A stretch of 64,000 bases of DNA, taken from positions 704,001 through 768,000 of the forward strand of contig CAVYGB010000002.1 of NCBI GenBank assembly GCA_963767925.1, written 5' to 3'. This document shows positions 33,421 through 43,400 of this stretch, piece by piece. Both the position numbers and the translations under genes were made by a program. This DNA is from an uncultured delta proteobacterium. Its GTDB lineage: Bacteria; Myxococcota_A; Polyangia; Fen-1088. Below the pieces are notes generated by a model, which saw only the letters and a program-made list of their open reading frames with translations, was not told where the DNA came from and searched no databases. The first letter of the stretch is position 1. Each line of letters starts with the position of its first letter.

Positions 33421-34173
33421 ATGCCCGGGATCGTCGGTGTGCTCGTCGTCTGGTTGCTCGCTGGCAACATCGCCGCCGAGGTCCCCGCCGACATCAGCGC
33501 CGTCCGGGACACCCTGAAGATCCTCAGCGACGGCCAGCGGCACTACGTGGCCGTCGTCCCCTTCGGCCCCTCCGATCACCTTTATTACGGGGATGGCGCG
33601 ACGTTTTACGCCCAGCGCGTATTCGGCAGCAGCAGCTCGGGCACCGACACCTTCGACTTCACCTTCTGGGAGCCGCGGGTGAAGGCGCGCTACCAGGCGG
33701 GCTTCGAGTTTCGCGGCGGCAAATATCAGGTGCAGTGCGAGGAGCGCAAGACCGAGCTGCGCCCGCTCCCCGACGACGAGAACCGCGCCATGCTCGCGCG
33801 GGCAAAGTTCTTCGCCCCGCGCTGGCGCCACCGGGCCCACGCCCTGGCCCGCGACGAGCGGGGCACCTACTACTACGTCGACCGCCTGCGCGAGCCCGAA
33901 GACAGCAAGAGCTTCCGCATCTGGGCCGGCCCCAAGGGCCGCGCCCGCCCCCTGAAGATGGTCAACGTGGTCAGCGACTCCCAGGGCGAGGTCTTCGCCA
34001 CCCGCGCCGGCGACCTGCGCCTGGTGCTCGCCCGCAACGAGGCCACCTGGGTCCGCAAGAGGAAACGCACCCGCCTCATCCCCCTGCCCGTCGAGGACAA
34101 CCACGTCCTCATCTACACCGACCTCGGCGTCTACACCGGCCAGCGCCTCGGCACCCCCTGCGACGACCTCTGA
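33421..34173 (+). CDS. Secreted hypothetical protein
   Basis: Signal peptide, strong GC3 bias, ends LGTPCDDL. Confidence 0.8.
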   Translation: MPGIVGVLVVWLLAGNIAAEVPADISAVRDTLKILSDGQRHYVAVVPFGPSDHLYYGDGATFYAQRVFGSSSSGTDTFDFTFWEPRVKARYQAGFEFRGGKYQVQCEERKTELRPLPDDENRAMLARAKFFAPRWRHRAHALARDERGTYYYVDRLREPEDSKSFRIWAGPKGRARPLKMVNVVSDSQGEVFATRAGDLRLVLARNEATWVRKRKRTRLIPLPVEDNHVLIYTDLGVYTGQRLGTPCDDL

Positions 34174-34532
34174 CCCCGCCGCACCCGGACACCCTGGCAG
34201 GGGGCGCAGCCAGCCGCCCGCGTTCGGTCGATCCGCATCGACATTTCGCCCGGGGCGCGACGGACCGGGATATTTTGCTCACCATGTCGAGAGCAACTCT
34301 GCGCTCGTCTCCCCTGAGCCTCTGCCGCGCGCTCGCCTGCGGCGCCGCCCGCCAGCGGGTCGGCCAGGACGGCGGGCTGGCCTCGACGGCGAGGTCGACG
34401 GCCGACGCGTCGACCGCCGACCCGGACGCCGCGTCGCTCGACGCACCCGAGCCCGACGCCGGCCTCCTGGATGCGCCCTCGTTCGACGCAGCCGCCTTCG
34501 ACGCACGCGAGCCCGACGCCGAGCCGCCAGAC

Positions 34533-35887
34533 CAACTTCGGCTCGGAGGGCGACGTCCCCTACCTGGTGATGGAGCTGCTCCAGGGGGAGGACCTCGCCA
34601 GCCGCCTCGGCCGCCACCCCGAGGGCCTGCCGGCCGAGGAGGCGGTCGACATCCCGCTGGCGGTCTGCGCGGGCGTGCACGCCGCCCACCGGGCCGGGGT
34701 GATCCACCGCGACCTCAAGCCGTCCAACATCTTCCTGGCCGAGGGCGCCCTCGGCGATGTCGAGCCCACGGTGCTGGACTTCGGGATCTCGAGCATCGAG
34801 CACGCGCCCCTCGGTCCGCCCTTGACCGAGTCGGGCGTGATGCTGGGAACGACGCCGTACCTCTCCCCCGAGCAGGTGGCCCAGGAGGAGGTGGGGGCCT
34901 GGACCGACCAGCTCGCCCTGGGGGTGGTGCTGTACGAGTGCCTGACCGGCCGCCGCCCGCACCCGGGCAAGACCGCGTTCCCGGTCATGCAGAACATCGG
35001 CGCCGGGCGGACCGTCGCCCCCTCGCTGCTGCGGCCGGGGCTCCCGCGTGGCCTCGACGCGGTGGTCAGCCGGGCCATGGCCCTGGCCCCGACCGATCGC
35101 TTCGGCTCGGCCCACGCCCTCGGCGCGGCCCTGCTGCCTTTCGCCTCGCCCCGCAAGCAGGTCATCTGGACCCGCTATTTCGCCGGCGAGAGGACCGCCG
35201 AGCGCCCGCCCTCTTCGGACAGTCCGCTGGTCCATCGCGGGTCCACCGACACGCCCGTCGGAGACCTCCGTCCGCCTCGGCACCTGGCTGCTGCGCGCGG
35301 CGGTTGTCGGGGCGCTGTCGGCGACCATCTGGATCGTGCTGGGGCGCCCCTTGCTGTCCCCGGGAGCGGCGCCCGATCGTGCCGGACCGGCGCAGGAACG
35401 CTCCGCCACCGCCGTCCGCCCCACCCCTGCGCCCCCACCGCCGACGGCAGCCGTGGGGCGCCCGCCCGCCAGCGCTCCGCCGGCCGAGGTGACCATCGCC
35501 GCCGCCAATCCGCCCCCCGGCCTGACCGCCATCGTCGACGGCGAGGCGACCGCCGTGCCCTTCAGTCTGCCCCGCGGCGCCCCCCCGCGCCAGATCGAGC
35601 TCCGCGCGCCCGGCCACCACCGCATGCGCGTCCTGGTCGACGGCAGCCGCGACCGGACTCTGGAGCTGCGGCTGCGCCCGATGGGAGCCGCCCGGAGAGC
35701 CTGGCGCCCACCTTCCCCTCCCACCGACGTTTCCGCTGAAGCGCCTACCGCCGCCGAGCATCCGCCACAACCGACCCCGCCCGTCGACCCACCCCCGCCG
35801 CCTCCCTTCACCGATCCCTTATCCCCTCTATCTCCTGCCGCCGCCCGATCCGCCGACCGGCGCGCTCCTGGTCAAACGGCCGTATAA
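34533..35887 (+). pseudogene. Ser/Thr kinase lacking N-lobe, frameshifted before TM/PEGA-like part
   Basis: YLVMELL, HRDLKPSN, DFG, YLSPEQ present; no Gly loop or VAIK; fused to an unrelated Asp/Ala-rich stub starting at 34283. Confidence 0.8.
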
Positions 35888-35890
35888 TTC

Positions 35891-36586
35891 GTGAGCATGC
35901 CGACCGCTCCCGACCTGCTCAACGCCGACGGCAGCGCGTCCCTGGCGACCGCGCTGCTGATGACCCACCATGGGCTACGTCGAGACATCGCGCTATTCGC
36001 GATCGCCTTGCGGCGGCTGGTGCCCGGAGACAAGGCGAAGATCGCGGCCCTGCGCGAGGAGTGGCGGAGCTACTGCGGCGTCCTGCACGGCCACCACGGC
36101 GCCGAGGACGCGAACCTGTTTCCCCATCTGCGGACGCAGCACCCCGCGCTGGGACCCGTGCTCGACGGCCTCAGCGCCGATCACCGGCGCATCGGTCCCC
36201 TGCTCGAGCACGGCAAGCGGGCCTTCGGCGAGCTGCCCGCCGTCGAGGCCTCGGTCACCGTGGTGGCCGCGCTGTCTGCGCTGCTGCAGTCCCACCTCGC
36301 CACCGAGGAGGCGGCGGCGATCCCGCTCCTCCGCCCGGCCAGCAACTTCCCGCCACCGGCGAGCGAGCAGGAAGCCGACCTCCACGCCCAGGGGTTCGCC
36401 TGGAGCTGCCACGGCATCGCTCCCGACGTCCTGGAGAAGGTCTACGCCATGTTGCCCGAGATATTGCGCTCGCGCTTGCCCGCCGCCCGCGCCGTCTACG
36501 CGCGACGCTGCGAGCGGGTCTGGGGCACCACCACGCCCGGCGCCTCCCGCACCGCCATCCCCGACTGGCTCCTCGCCCCCGGCTGA
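35891..36586 (+). CDS. Hemerythrin/HHE domain protein
   Basis: HHGLRRD, HGHHGAED, ADH, HLATEE. Confidence 0.85.
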   Translation: MSMPTAPDLLNADGSASLATALLMTHHGLRRDIALFAIALRRLVPGDKAKIAALREEWRSYCGVLHGHHGAEDANLFPHLRTQHPALGPVLDGLSADHRRIGPLLEHGKRAFGELPAVEASVTVVAALSALLQSHLATEEAAAIPLLRPASNFPPPASEQEADLHAQGFAWSCHGIAPDVLEKVYAMLPEILRSRLPAARAVYARRCERVWGTTTPGASRTAIPDWLLAPG

Positions 36587-36851
36587 TCCAGGAGCACGGA
36601 ACGGTCCTGACCGGAGACGTTCGCGGTTCACCCGTTCGGTGATCAAGGCACCGGTCAGGAGTCGAACGGCCTGGCCACGCTGGCGATCGATCCGAGCACC
36701 CTCGCCCTGGAGCACGCCTTCGGACCGATGCCACAGGCCAGCCCTCTGGTCTCACCCCCTTGACACCCGACGGGCGGGCCCGGGCGTGCCGCGAGCGACG
36801 GGGCGGCCGTCCGGTCGCTCGCTCGCGCGCCCGCAGCTCCCGCGGGGGGGC

Positions 36852-37763
36852 TCAGGGCTCGCCGCGGGCCAGGGCGCGGATCTCGTCGGCCGAGAGCACC
36901 CGGTCGTAGACCCGCAGGTCGTCCATCCAGCCGTCGAAGATCTGACCGCCGGCCATCGACTGGCCCGCCACGAACGTGCTCGGGTTGGCGTAGGTGAAGG
37001 GCAGGCGGGAAACATCGGCGTCGAGGAGGACGCCGTCGAGGTAGATGGACGTGTCGCCGTCGACCGACGCGACGCCGGCCGCGTGGTGCCAGCTCCCGTC
37101 GTTGGCGGTGGGTGTGAGAGCTGTGGCCGCCACGAAGGTGGTGCTGGATCCCAGCGGCCGCCTCCGCACGAACTGCAGCTCGCCGATGTTCCAGCGGATG
37201 AAGTAGTTGTTGCCCTGGGAGACGAGGTCGGCGCGGGTGGTCTGGGTCGTACGGAACCAGACGGCGACGGTCACCCCCTGAGTGGGCTGCAGCGCGGCCG
37301 GCATCGAGGCGACCTGGACGCTGTTTCCCACGGTGCCGTCGAAGCGGCGGCTGCTCGGGTTGGCGAAGCTGGTGGGCGGCACCTCGATGCTGGGGCTGGG
37401 GGGTGTGCCGCTGTAGGTCCCCTCGAGCCCGTGCCCGGAAGCGTCGAGGGCGGTCGATCCCGCGGTCTCGTCGAAGCGCCAGTGCAACACGAGCCCGGCC
37501 ACGACCGGCCCGATCGGCGCATCCGCCCCGCCCGGTGCATCGGCGCCAGGGGGCCCGTCTGTCCCCGCTGCCCCATCCACGACCGCAGACCCATCTACCC
37601 TGGCCGTGTCTGGCGCAGCGTCCCCGCGGGGGGTGTCCGACATGCCGCCCACCTCCGGCCACTCGACCCGCGCGTCCCTCGACACGTAGGCGGGGTTGGG
37701 CGCGGTGCAGGCCAGGAGCGGCGCGAGCAGGAGATGGGCCAGGCGCACGTGCTCCTGTACCAT
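36852..37763 (-). CDS. LamG/ConA-like domain lipoprotein
   Basis: LLAC lipobox, LVLHWRFDE, WHHAAGV, FDGWMDDLRVYDRVLS. Confidence 0.9.
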   Translation of the reverse strand: MVQEHVRLAHLLLAPLLACTAPNPAYVSRDARVEWPEVGGMSDTPRGDAAPDTARVDGSAVVDGAAGTDGPPGADAPGGADAPIGPVVAGLVLHWRFDETAGSTALDASGHGLEGTYSGTPPSPSIEVPPTSFANPSSRRFDGTVGNSVQVASMPAALQPTQGVTVAVWFRTTQTTRADLVSQGNNYFIRWNIGELQFVRRRPLGSSTTFVAATALTPTANDGSWHHAAGVASVDGDTSIYLDGVLLDADVSRLPFTYANPSTFVAGQSMAGGQIFDGWMDDLRVYDRVLSADEIRALARGEP

Positions 37764-37830
37764 CGGCCGATCCTTCCCGACGCTGAGAAGGTCGGCTCAC
37801 CTGCCCGATCGCAGGGCCGCCGCCGGGGGG

Positions 37831-38910
37831 TCAGCGGACGCAGCGGGTGAGGTAGGGGTTGTCCTGGCGGGAGTCGTAGGTGTAGCCGTGGACGAACGAG
37901 ACCCGCCAGGAGCTGCCGGGCGTGGCCGTCACCGTACTGGCCGTCCAGAAGGGGTCGAGGGGGGTGTCGGGAAACACGGTGGGGTCGATGGCCGGGTTGG
38001 AGCGCGCGTCGTCGACCAGGGACTGGAGCTCTTTCATGGTGGGCAGGCGCCAGCCGCCGCCGGCGAGCGCGAGGGCGGCGCAGTGGGCGCGGGCCTCGGT
38101 CCAGGGGCGGGCGGCGGTGGGGTCGACGGCTTGCTGCCAGGTCAGGCCGGTGACGGTGTCGAGGACGGTGCCGTCGGCGGCGCGGTAGCGGGAAGGTGGC
38201 TCGACGGCGGCGACGGGGCCGCCGCGGACACAGCGGGTGCGGTAGCGGGCCGTGTGGTCGATGAAGTTGCTGAAGCCGTTCTCGAAGTAGATGTACCAGG
38301 CGAAGCTGGCATCGTCGGCCCAGCGGGAGGAGGTCCAGAACCAGGCGGGCGCGGTACCGGGGAAGGCGGTGGGGTCGATCGCGGGGGAGTCGCGGGTGTA
38401 GTCCACGATGGAGACCAGCTCCATGCGGGTGGGCAGCCGCCAGTCGTCGTGGCCCGCCAGCGCCAGGCAAGCGCAGTGGGAGGTGGCCTCCTCCCAGCTC
38501 CGCAGGGCCGCGTCGACCTGACGCTGCCACAGCAAGCCGGTCACCCGATCGACGACCACCTCGGCCGAGGACGCGTCGTAGCTGTGGGGATTCCCAGCCC
38601 CCTCCCCGGCGGTGGGATGCGGAATCCGCCAGCTCGCGAACCGGCTCGCCGCCACGGTCACCGCACACCCCACCCCCCCATCCCCCGCCGGAGGCGAACA
38701 CCCGCCCTCCGGACACGCCACCCCGTCCACGCCGTCCCCACCGTCGCCGTCACCGTCTCGACCCCCCGCCACGTCCACCTCCGCGGGCGCCACCTCGGCC
38801 CGGCCCGGACCGCCATCCCCGCCGTCAGCTCCCGCCTCGCGGTCCACACCAGCGTCAGCCACCCCAGCCGGTGAGCCGCCGCAGCCCCCCGCCGCAGCGA
38901 CCGCCACCAA
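37831..38910 (-). CDS. Protein with two DUF1566 domains (start uncertain)
   Basis: VxDxVTGLxWQ, WRLPTxxEL, FWT, RCVR each twice. Confidence 0.88.
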   Translation of the reverse strand: MVAVAAAGGCGGSPAGVADAGVDREAGADGGDGGPGRAEVAPAEVDVAGGRDGDGDGGDGVDGVACPEGGCSPPAGDGGVGCAVTVAASRFASWRIPHPTAGEGAGNPHSYDASSAEVVVDRVTGLLWQRQVDAALRSWEEATSHCACLALAGHDDWRLPTRMELVSIVDYTRDSPAIDPTAFPGTAPAWFWTSSRWADDASFAWYIYFENGFSNFIDHTARYRTRCVRGGPVAAVEPPSRYRAADGTVLDTVTGLTWQQAVDPTAARPWTEARAHCAALALAGGGWRLPTMKELQSLVDDARSNPAIDPTVFPDTPLDPFWTASTVTATPGSSWRVSFVHGYTYDSRQDNPYLTRCVR

Positions 38911-38915
38911 AAGGA

Positions 38916-39193
38916 GCCCAAACGCAAAAACCGACGCCCCACCACCACCCGTTCGCCCTCGCCCCGCGCCAGCGGGAAGGCGAGGCCCAAACGCAAAAAC
39001 CGACGCCCCACCACCCGTTCGCCCTCGCCCCGCGCCAGCGGGAAGGCGAGGCCCAAACGCAAAAACCGACGCCCCACCACCCGTTCGCCCTCGCCCCGCG
39101 CCAGCGGGAAGGCGAGGCCCAAACGCAAAAACCGACGCCCCACCACCCGTTCGCCCTCGCCCCGCGCCAGCGGGGAGAGGGAGGGGTGAGGGG
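38916..39193. repeat. 66-bp tandem repeat, 4 copies, ending in a REP-like palindrome
   Basis: Units start at 38916, 38985, 39051 and 39117; nearly identical. Confidence 0.95.
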
Positions 39194-39234
39194 ACGTCGG
39201 CTGGAACCGTACCGATCGGAACCCTACGCGCGCG

Positions 39235-40584
39235 CTACGAAGACAGCTCCGGCAGCAGGCCCTCTTTGCCGGCCGCGCCGTACCCGGTGACCGGATAGCC
39301 CATGCCGGTGACGATGCTCGCCAGCAGCTTGTTGTGCGGCGTCGGATCCGGGAAGCGGACCACCCGGCCGGTCTTGAAGTACCCACCCGCGCTGCCGATC
39401 ATGCAGAACGGAATCGGCCCGACCCGGTGGCTGGCCCCGTCCTCCATGCCGTTGCCGGTGACGATGAGCGAGTTGTCCAGCGCGGTGCCGTCCCCCTCGA
39501 CCGTCTCGTCGAGCTGCTTGACCAGGTTGGCCACCTGGGCGAACAGCCAGCTATCGATCTTGATCTTGTCGGCCGCCGCCCCGCCGCCCGAGTGGGCCAC
39601 GGCGTGGTAGTCGCGGTTGATGCCGAGGAAGGGGAAGGCGTTCCCGTCCCCGCCCCCGTCGTCGTAGATGTCGACGGTGGCCACCCGCGTGACGTCGCAG
39701 CGGAGCGCGGCCGCGATGAGGTCGTACATCGACTTGAGCCCCGTCGGCGCGTCGGGCTTGCCCGCCCCCGGCGGCACCATCGGCTTGGCGCAGGCCGCCC
39801 CGGCGCTGGGGGCCGAGAGCTGCTTCTCGATGTCCCGCAGCGATTCGTGGTGGGACTCGATCTTGGCCCGGTCGACCGTGCCCAGGCGGGCCCGGAACTG
39901 TTCCAGCTCGCGGCCCACGAAGTCGAGCACGCTCTTGCGGCGGTTGCGAGCCTGGTCGATGGCGGGCGTCGGCATGGCCGATCCGGCGAACAGGCGGCCG
40001 AACACCCGGCTGGGGATGTCGTCGGGTGTGTTGCGCTGGCCGGCCGCGCGCCAGGACGACGGCAGACCGTCGCCGAAGCAGCGCACGCCGGTGGTCAGCA
40101 GCGGCACCGGCAGCTTGACCGTCTTGGCGATCTGGTCGGCCACGTACTGGTCGATCGAGGGCCCCTGGCCGTTGCGGCCGCTGGCCTTGCCGGTCCAGAG
40201 CGCGCCCCAGGCGAAGTGCCCGGCGTAGGTCGCCAGGTTGAGGTGCAGGCCCATCGGGATGATCATCTTCGCCGCCCAGGGCTCGAGCGGCTTGAGCGTC
40301 GCCCCGATGCTGAGCTGGTTACCCGAGGGGTAAAACGAGCTCTTGATCACGCCGTTGGTCCAGGTGACGAGCACCAGCCGCTTGGGGTGCGGGTTGGCCG
40401 CGTCCTGACCCAGCGCCGGTTCGGCGTGGATGAGCGGCAACATCGCCGCCCCGACGCCCATCCGCTGCAGCAGCGCCCGGCGGGAGAAGCGGTCCTTGTT
40501 GGTGGCTGGTTTCATCGTCTTCGCCTCGTTCGTGACCACGTTCGTCGCCGGGCTGGTCGCCGTATCGGTTTTGGTCGGGATCAT
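39235..40584 (-). CDS. DUF1552 domain Tat protein
   Basis: FSRRALL, SIDQYVA, RRKSVLDFV, ALRCDVTRV, TALDNS; ATGA-coupled to the upstream gene. Confidence 0.9.
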   Translation of the reverse strand: MIPTKTDTATSPATNVVTNEAKTMKPATNKDRFSRRALLQRMGVGAAMLPLIHAEPALGQDAANPHPKRLVLVTWTNGVIKSSFYPSGNQLSIGATLKPLEPWAAKMIIPMGLHLNLATYAGHFAWGALWTGKASGRNGQGPSIDQYVADQIAKTVKLPVPLLTTGVRCFGDGLPSSWRAAGQRNTPDDIPSRVFGRLFAGSAMPTPAIDQARNRRKSVLDFVGRELEQFRARLGTVDRAKIESHHESLRDIEKQLSAPSAGAACAKPMVPPGAGKPDAPTGLKSMYDLIAAALRCDVTRVATVDIYDDGGGDGNAFPFLGINRDYHAVAHSGGGAAADKIKIDSWLFAQVANLVKQLDETVEGDGTALDNSLIVTGNGMEDGASHRVGPIPFCMIGSAGGYFKTGRVVRFPDPTPHNKLLASIVTGMGYPVTGYGAAGKEGLLPELSS

Positions 40585-42314
40585 TTCAGCATCTCCCCTT
40601 CGGCGGGCGCCCGGTAACGGAAGGAGCGCGACCCCACCACCCCCACCAGGAGGTCGCGGATGTTCCCGCCCCGGAAGGCGCCGGCGACGGCGTCGATCGA
40701 AGCGCGGTCGGCCTCGGTGTCCTTGCGCTTGAGAGCGAAGCGCGTCCACTGAGTGGCGAAGCAGCGCTGGGCGGTCGGGCTGGCGGCCAGGACCTTCACC
40801 AGCTCGCGGGCGTTGTTGAAGCTGTGCTTCTGCCCGTCGAGGTCGATGGCGCCGGTGGCGTCGACAACCCCGCCGTTGTCCATCGTGCGAAAGCCGCCGA
40901 TGCCGTCGTAGTTCTCGAAGGCGAACCCGAGCGGATCCATCAGGCCGTGGCAGCCGGTGGCGCAGGCCTGGTCGGAGTGCTCCTTGAAGCGCTCGCGCGT
41001 GGTGCCGCCCTCGGAGGCCTCCTTCGGCGGCGGGATCACCGCGGGGGGCGGCGGCAGCTCGCCGCACAGCAGGTTCTCGTAGATCTTCTTGCCGCGCTTG
41101 ACCGGGTGAGACCCGTCGGTCGCACCGGTGATGGTGAGGAACGCCGTCTGGGTCAGCAACCCGGAGCGCTGGGTGGCGTCGAGCTCGGCCTGCTTGAGGG
41201 GCATGCCGGTGACGCCCTTGAGGCCGTACACGCCGGCGAGCGGCTGGTTGACGAAGGAGAAGCCGGCGGTGAGCACCGTCGACAGCAGGCTGTCGCCGTC
41301 GAACACGACGTTGCCCACGAAGGCCCGCGCCTCCTCGAGCATCGCGGTCTTCAGGTCGTCCTTGAACTGCGGGTAGATCATCGGGTTCTTGGGACGGTCG
41401 AGGACCTGGTCGAGCCCCAGCCACTCCTCGAAGAAGGTGGCGACGGTCTCCCGCGCGCGGGGGCTGGCCAGCAGGCGGCGGGCCTGCGCCTCGAGCTCGC
41501 CCTGGGTGCCGAGCCTGCCGGCGGCGGCCGCGTCGAACAGCTCCTGGTCGGGCATCGAGCCCAGCAGGAAGTAGGAGAGCTGCGAGGCGTTCTCGTACTG
41601 GCCGAGCTTGACCAGGTTGCCCTCCAGGCGGGGGGCCTCCGGACCGCTCTCCCAGTGATAGATGAAGGCCGGCGCCTGCAACATGCCCTCGATGACCAGC
41701 CGGACGGCGCCAGCGTGGTCGAGGCCGACCGTGCCGCGTCCATCTTTATAGAGCTGGACCAGGCTGTCGACCTCCCGGGTGACCAGGGGGCGGCGGTAAG
41801 CGCGCAGCCCGAACTCGGTCACGAACTTGCGCGCGCAGCCCTCCTCGTCGCCGCCCGTGCAAGGGGCCAGCGTCGCGACGTTGGCCGTGGTGGCCAGGCT
41901 CTCGGCGGCGTCGCGGAGGGTGGAGTAGTCCTGCGACGAGACCGGGCCAGCGACCCGGAACAGGAACTCGCCCTTGTCCGAGGGGAACTTGTCGGCCGGC
42001 CGGGAGGTGTCGCCCAGCAGGTCCCGCACGGTGTTGTTGTACTCGCGGCGGTCGAGCCGGCGCAGCGGCAGCGGGCCGACGGCGTTCGGGTCGACATTGC
42101 CGCCGGCCGCGTTGCCGCCGGGCGGGACAGGCGCGTTGGGCGATCCGGATTGCCCCGGCATGGTGGGCTGGCCGGGAACGGCGGGCCGGCCAGGGTCGCT
42201 TGGACCGGCCGGGGAAGGGGCGCCAGGCTGGTCGGTGCCCTCGATGGCACCCGTACAGCCGACAGCGCCCCCGAGGAGCATCGCAGCAAGAGTGAAGCGG
42301 CCCTGTCTAAGCAT
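40581..42314 (-). CDS. DUF1592/DUF1588 family lipoprotein
   Basis: LRRLDRREYNNTVRDLLG, SHPVKRG, CATGCHGLMDPLGFAFENYD. Confidence 0.92.
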   Translation of the reverse strand: MLRQGRFTLAAMLLGGAVGCTGAIEGTDQPGAPSPAGPSDPGRPAVPGQPTMPGQSGSPNAPVPPGGNAAGGNVDPNAVGPLPLRRLDRREYNNTVRDLLGDTSRPADKFPSDKGEFLFRVAGPVSSQDYSTLRDAAESLATTANVATLAPCTGGDEEGCARKFVTEFGLRAYRRPLVTREVDSLVQLYKDGRGTVGLDHAGAVRLVIEGMLQAPAFIYHWESGPEAPRLEGNLVKLGQYENASQLSYFLLGSMPDQELFDAAAAGRLGTQGELEAQARRLLASPRARETVATFFEEWLGLDQVLDRPKNPMIYPQFKDDLKTAMLEEARAFVGNVVFDGDSLLSTVLTAGFSFVNQPLAGVYGLKGVTGMPLKQAELDATQRSGLLTQTAFLTITGATDGSHPVKRGKKIYENLLCGELPPPPAVIPPPKEASEGGTTRERFKEHSDQACATGCHGLMDPLGFAFENYDGIGGFRTMDNGGVVDATGAIDLDGQKHSFNNARELVKVLAASPTAQRCFATQWTRFALKRKDTEADRASIDAVAGAFRGGNIRDLLVGVVGSRSFRYRAPAEGEMLK

Positions 42315-42523
42315 TCCGTTGCCCTTTCGCCCGAAACGACGTGACTACGCGCAGGAGTTCCTGAAAACGGTATCGCTTCCAAGGCAGTGGCCCAACCCCC
42401 CCAAGGCAGTTCTTCAATTCGCCAACCAGCGTCTTTCCCCGCCCCACCCCCGGCAACCGTGCCATTTCCGCACATCGACCCTGTGATGCATCGGGACAAA
42501 ACGTGCAGCTATAATGGTCCCGG

Positions 42524-43384
42524 ATGTTCGAAGAGGTGGAGGACCGTCGCCGGCGCCTGGACGCCTTTCGTCCGTTCAGCGCCGACCAGCGCGCCCGCCT
42601 CGACGCGTCTTCCAGCCCTGGTCATCTACGGCAGCAACGCCCTCGAGGGGAACACCCTCACCCTCGGTGAGACCATCTCGCTGATCCGGGAGGGCCGCCT
42701 CTTCCCGTTCACCGCCTACCTCGAGCAGGAGCTCCTCTGGTCGTACGACCAGGCCCTCGACGTCCTGGAGGGCCGCACGGTGATCACGACCGACGACCTG
42801 ATCCGCCGCTTCGCCGGCCTCGAGCAGCGCGGACTCGGAGCCGCGGGTATCTCGCCCGACGAACGGAGACGACAGGAAGCAGCCGCGAGTAGAATCACCA
42901 CCATCGGCCGGATCGTCGAAGAACACGTCACCGTGATCGCCAAGCGGCTCGCCCCCTCCTGGCCCACCCTCCAGCCGCAGTGGAGTGGTCCTTCCGGCGT
43001 GACCGCACTGGACCGAAATCTCCCGTCGGGCCGGTCCCTCCTCGACACCCTCGGGCTGAGCGGTCGGCCCATCCTCGGAACGGCAGCGCACGTCGCTTTG
43101 AAGATCGTCCTTCGCGAGGAGAGCGCGGTCCAGGTCCCCGAAACACCTTCGAAGTGGTCGTCCTCGCCGAGCCCCACGCGCTGACGCTGACCTCGATCAG
43201 CCAGGTACGGACGGCCGACCCCGAACCGCGCACCGAGATCGAACGCCTTCGGCTGTCGCTGGGTCCGCAGCCATCCGACGAAGCCGACGTTCGCCGCTTC
43301 GTGCTCGAGCAGGTCACCCGATTCCTCGCCCGCCTGGAGGCCGAGATCACCGCTCGCAACAACCCTTCCCCCACCAATCCCTGA
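42524..43384 (+). pseudogene. Fic family protein with catalytic core missing
   Basis: IYGSNALEGNTLTLGET is a Fic N-terminal motif; no HPFxxGNGR; frameshifts; TATAAT at 42510-42515. Confidence 0.65.
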
Positions 43385-43400
43385 GCCGGGCTGCGGCCGC

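Noticed and set aside
38916..39193. CRISPR array
   Set aside because: Units are identical end to end, with no unique spacers and no cas genes.
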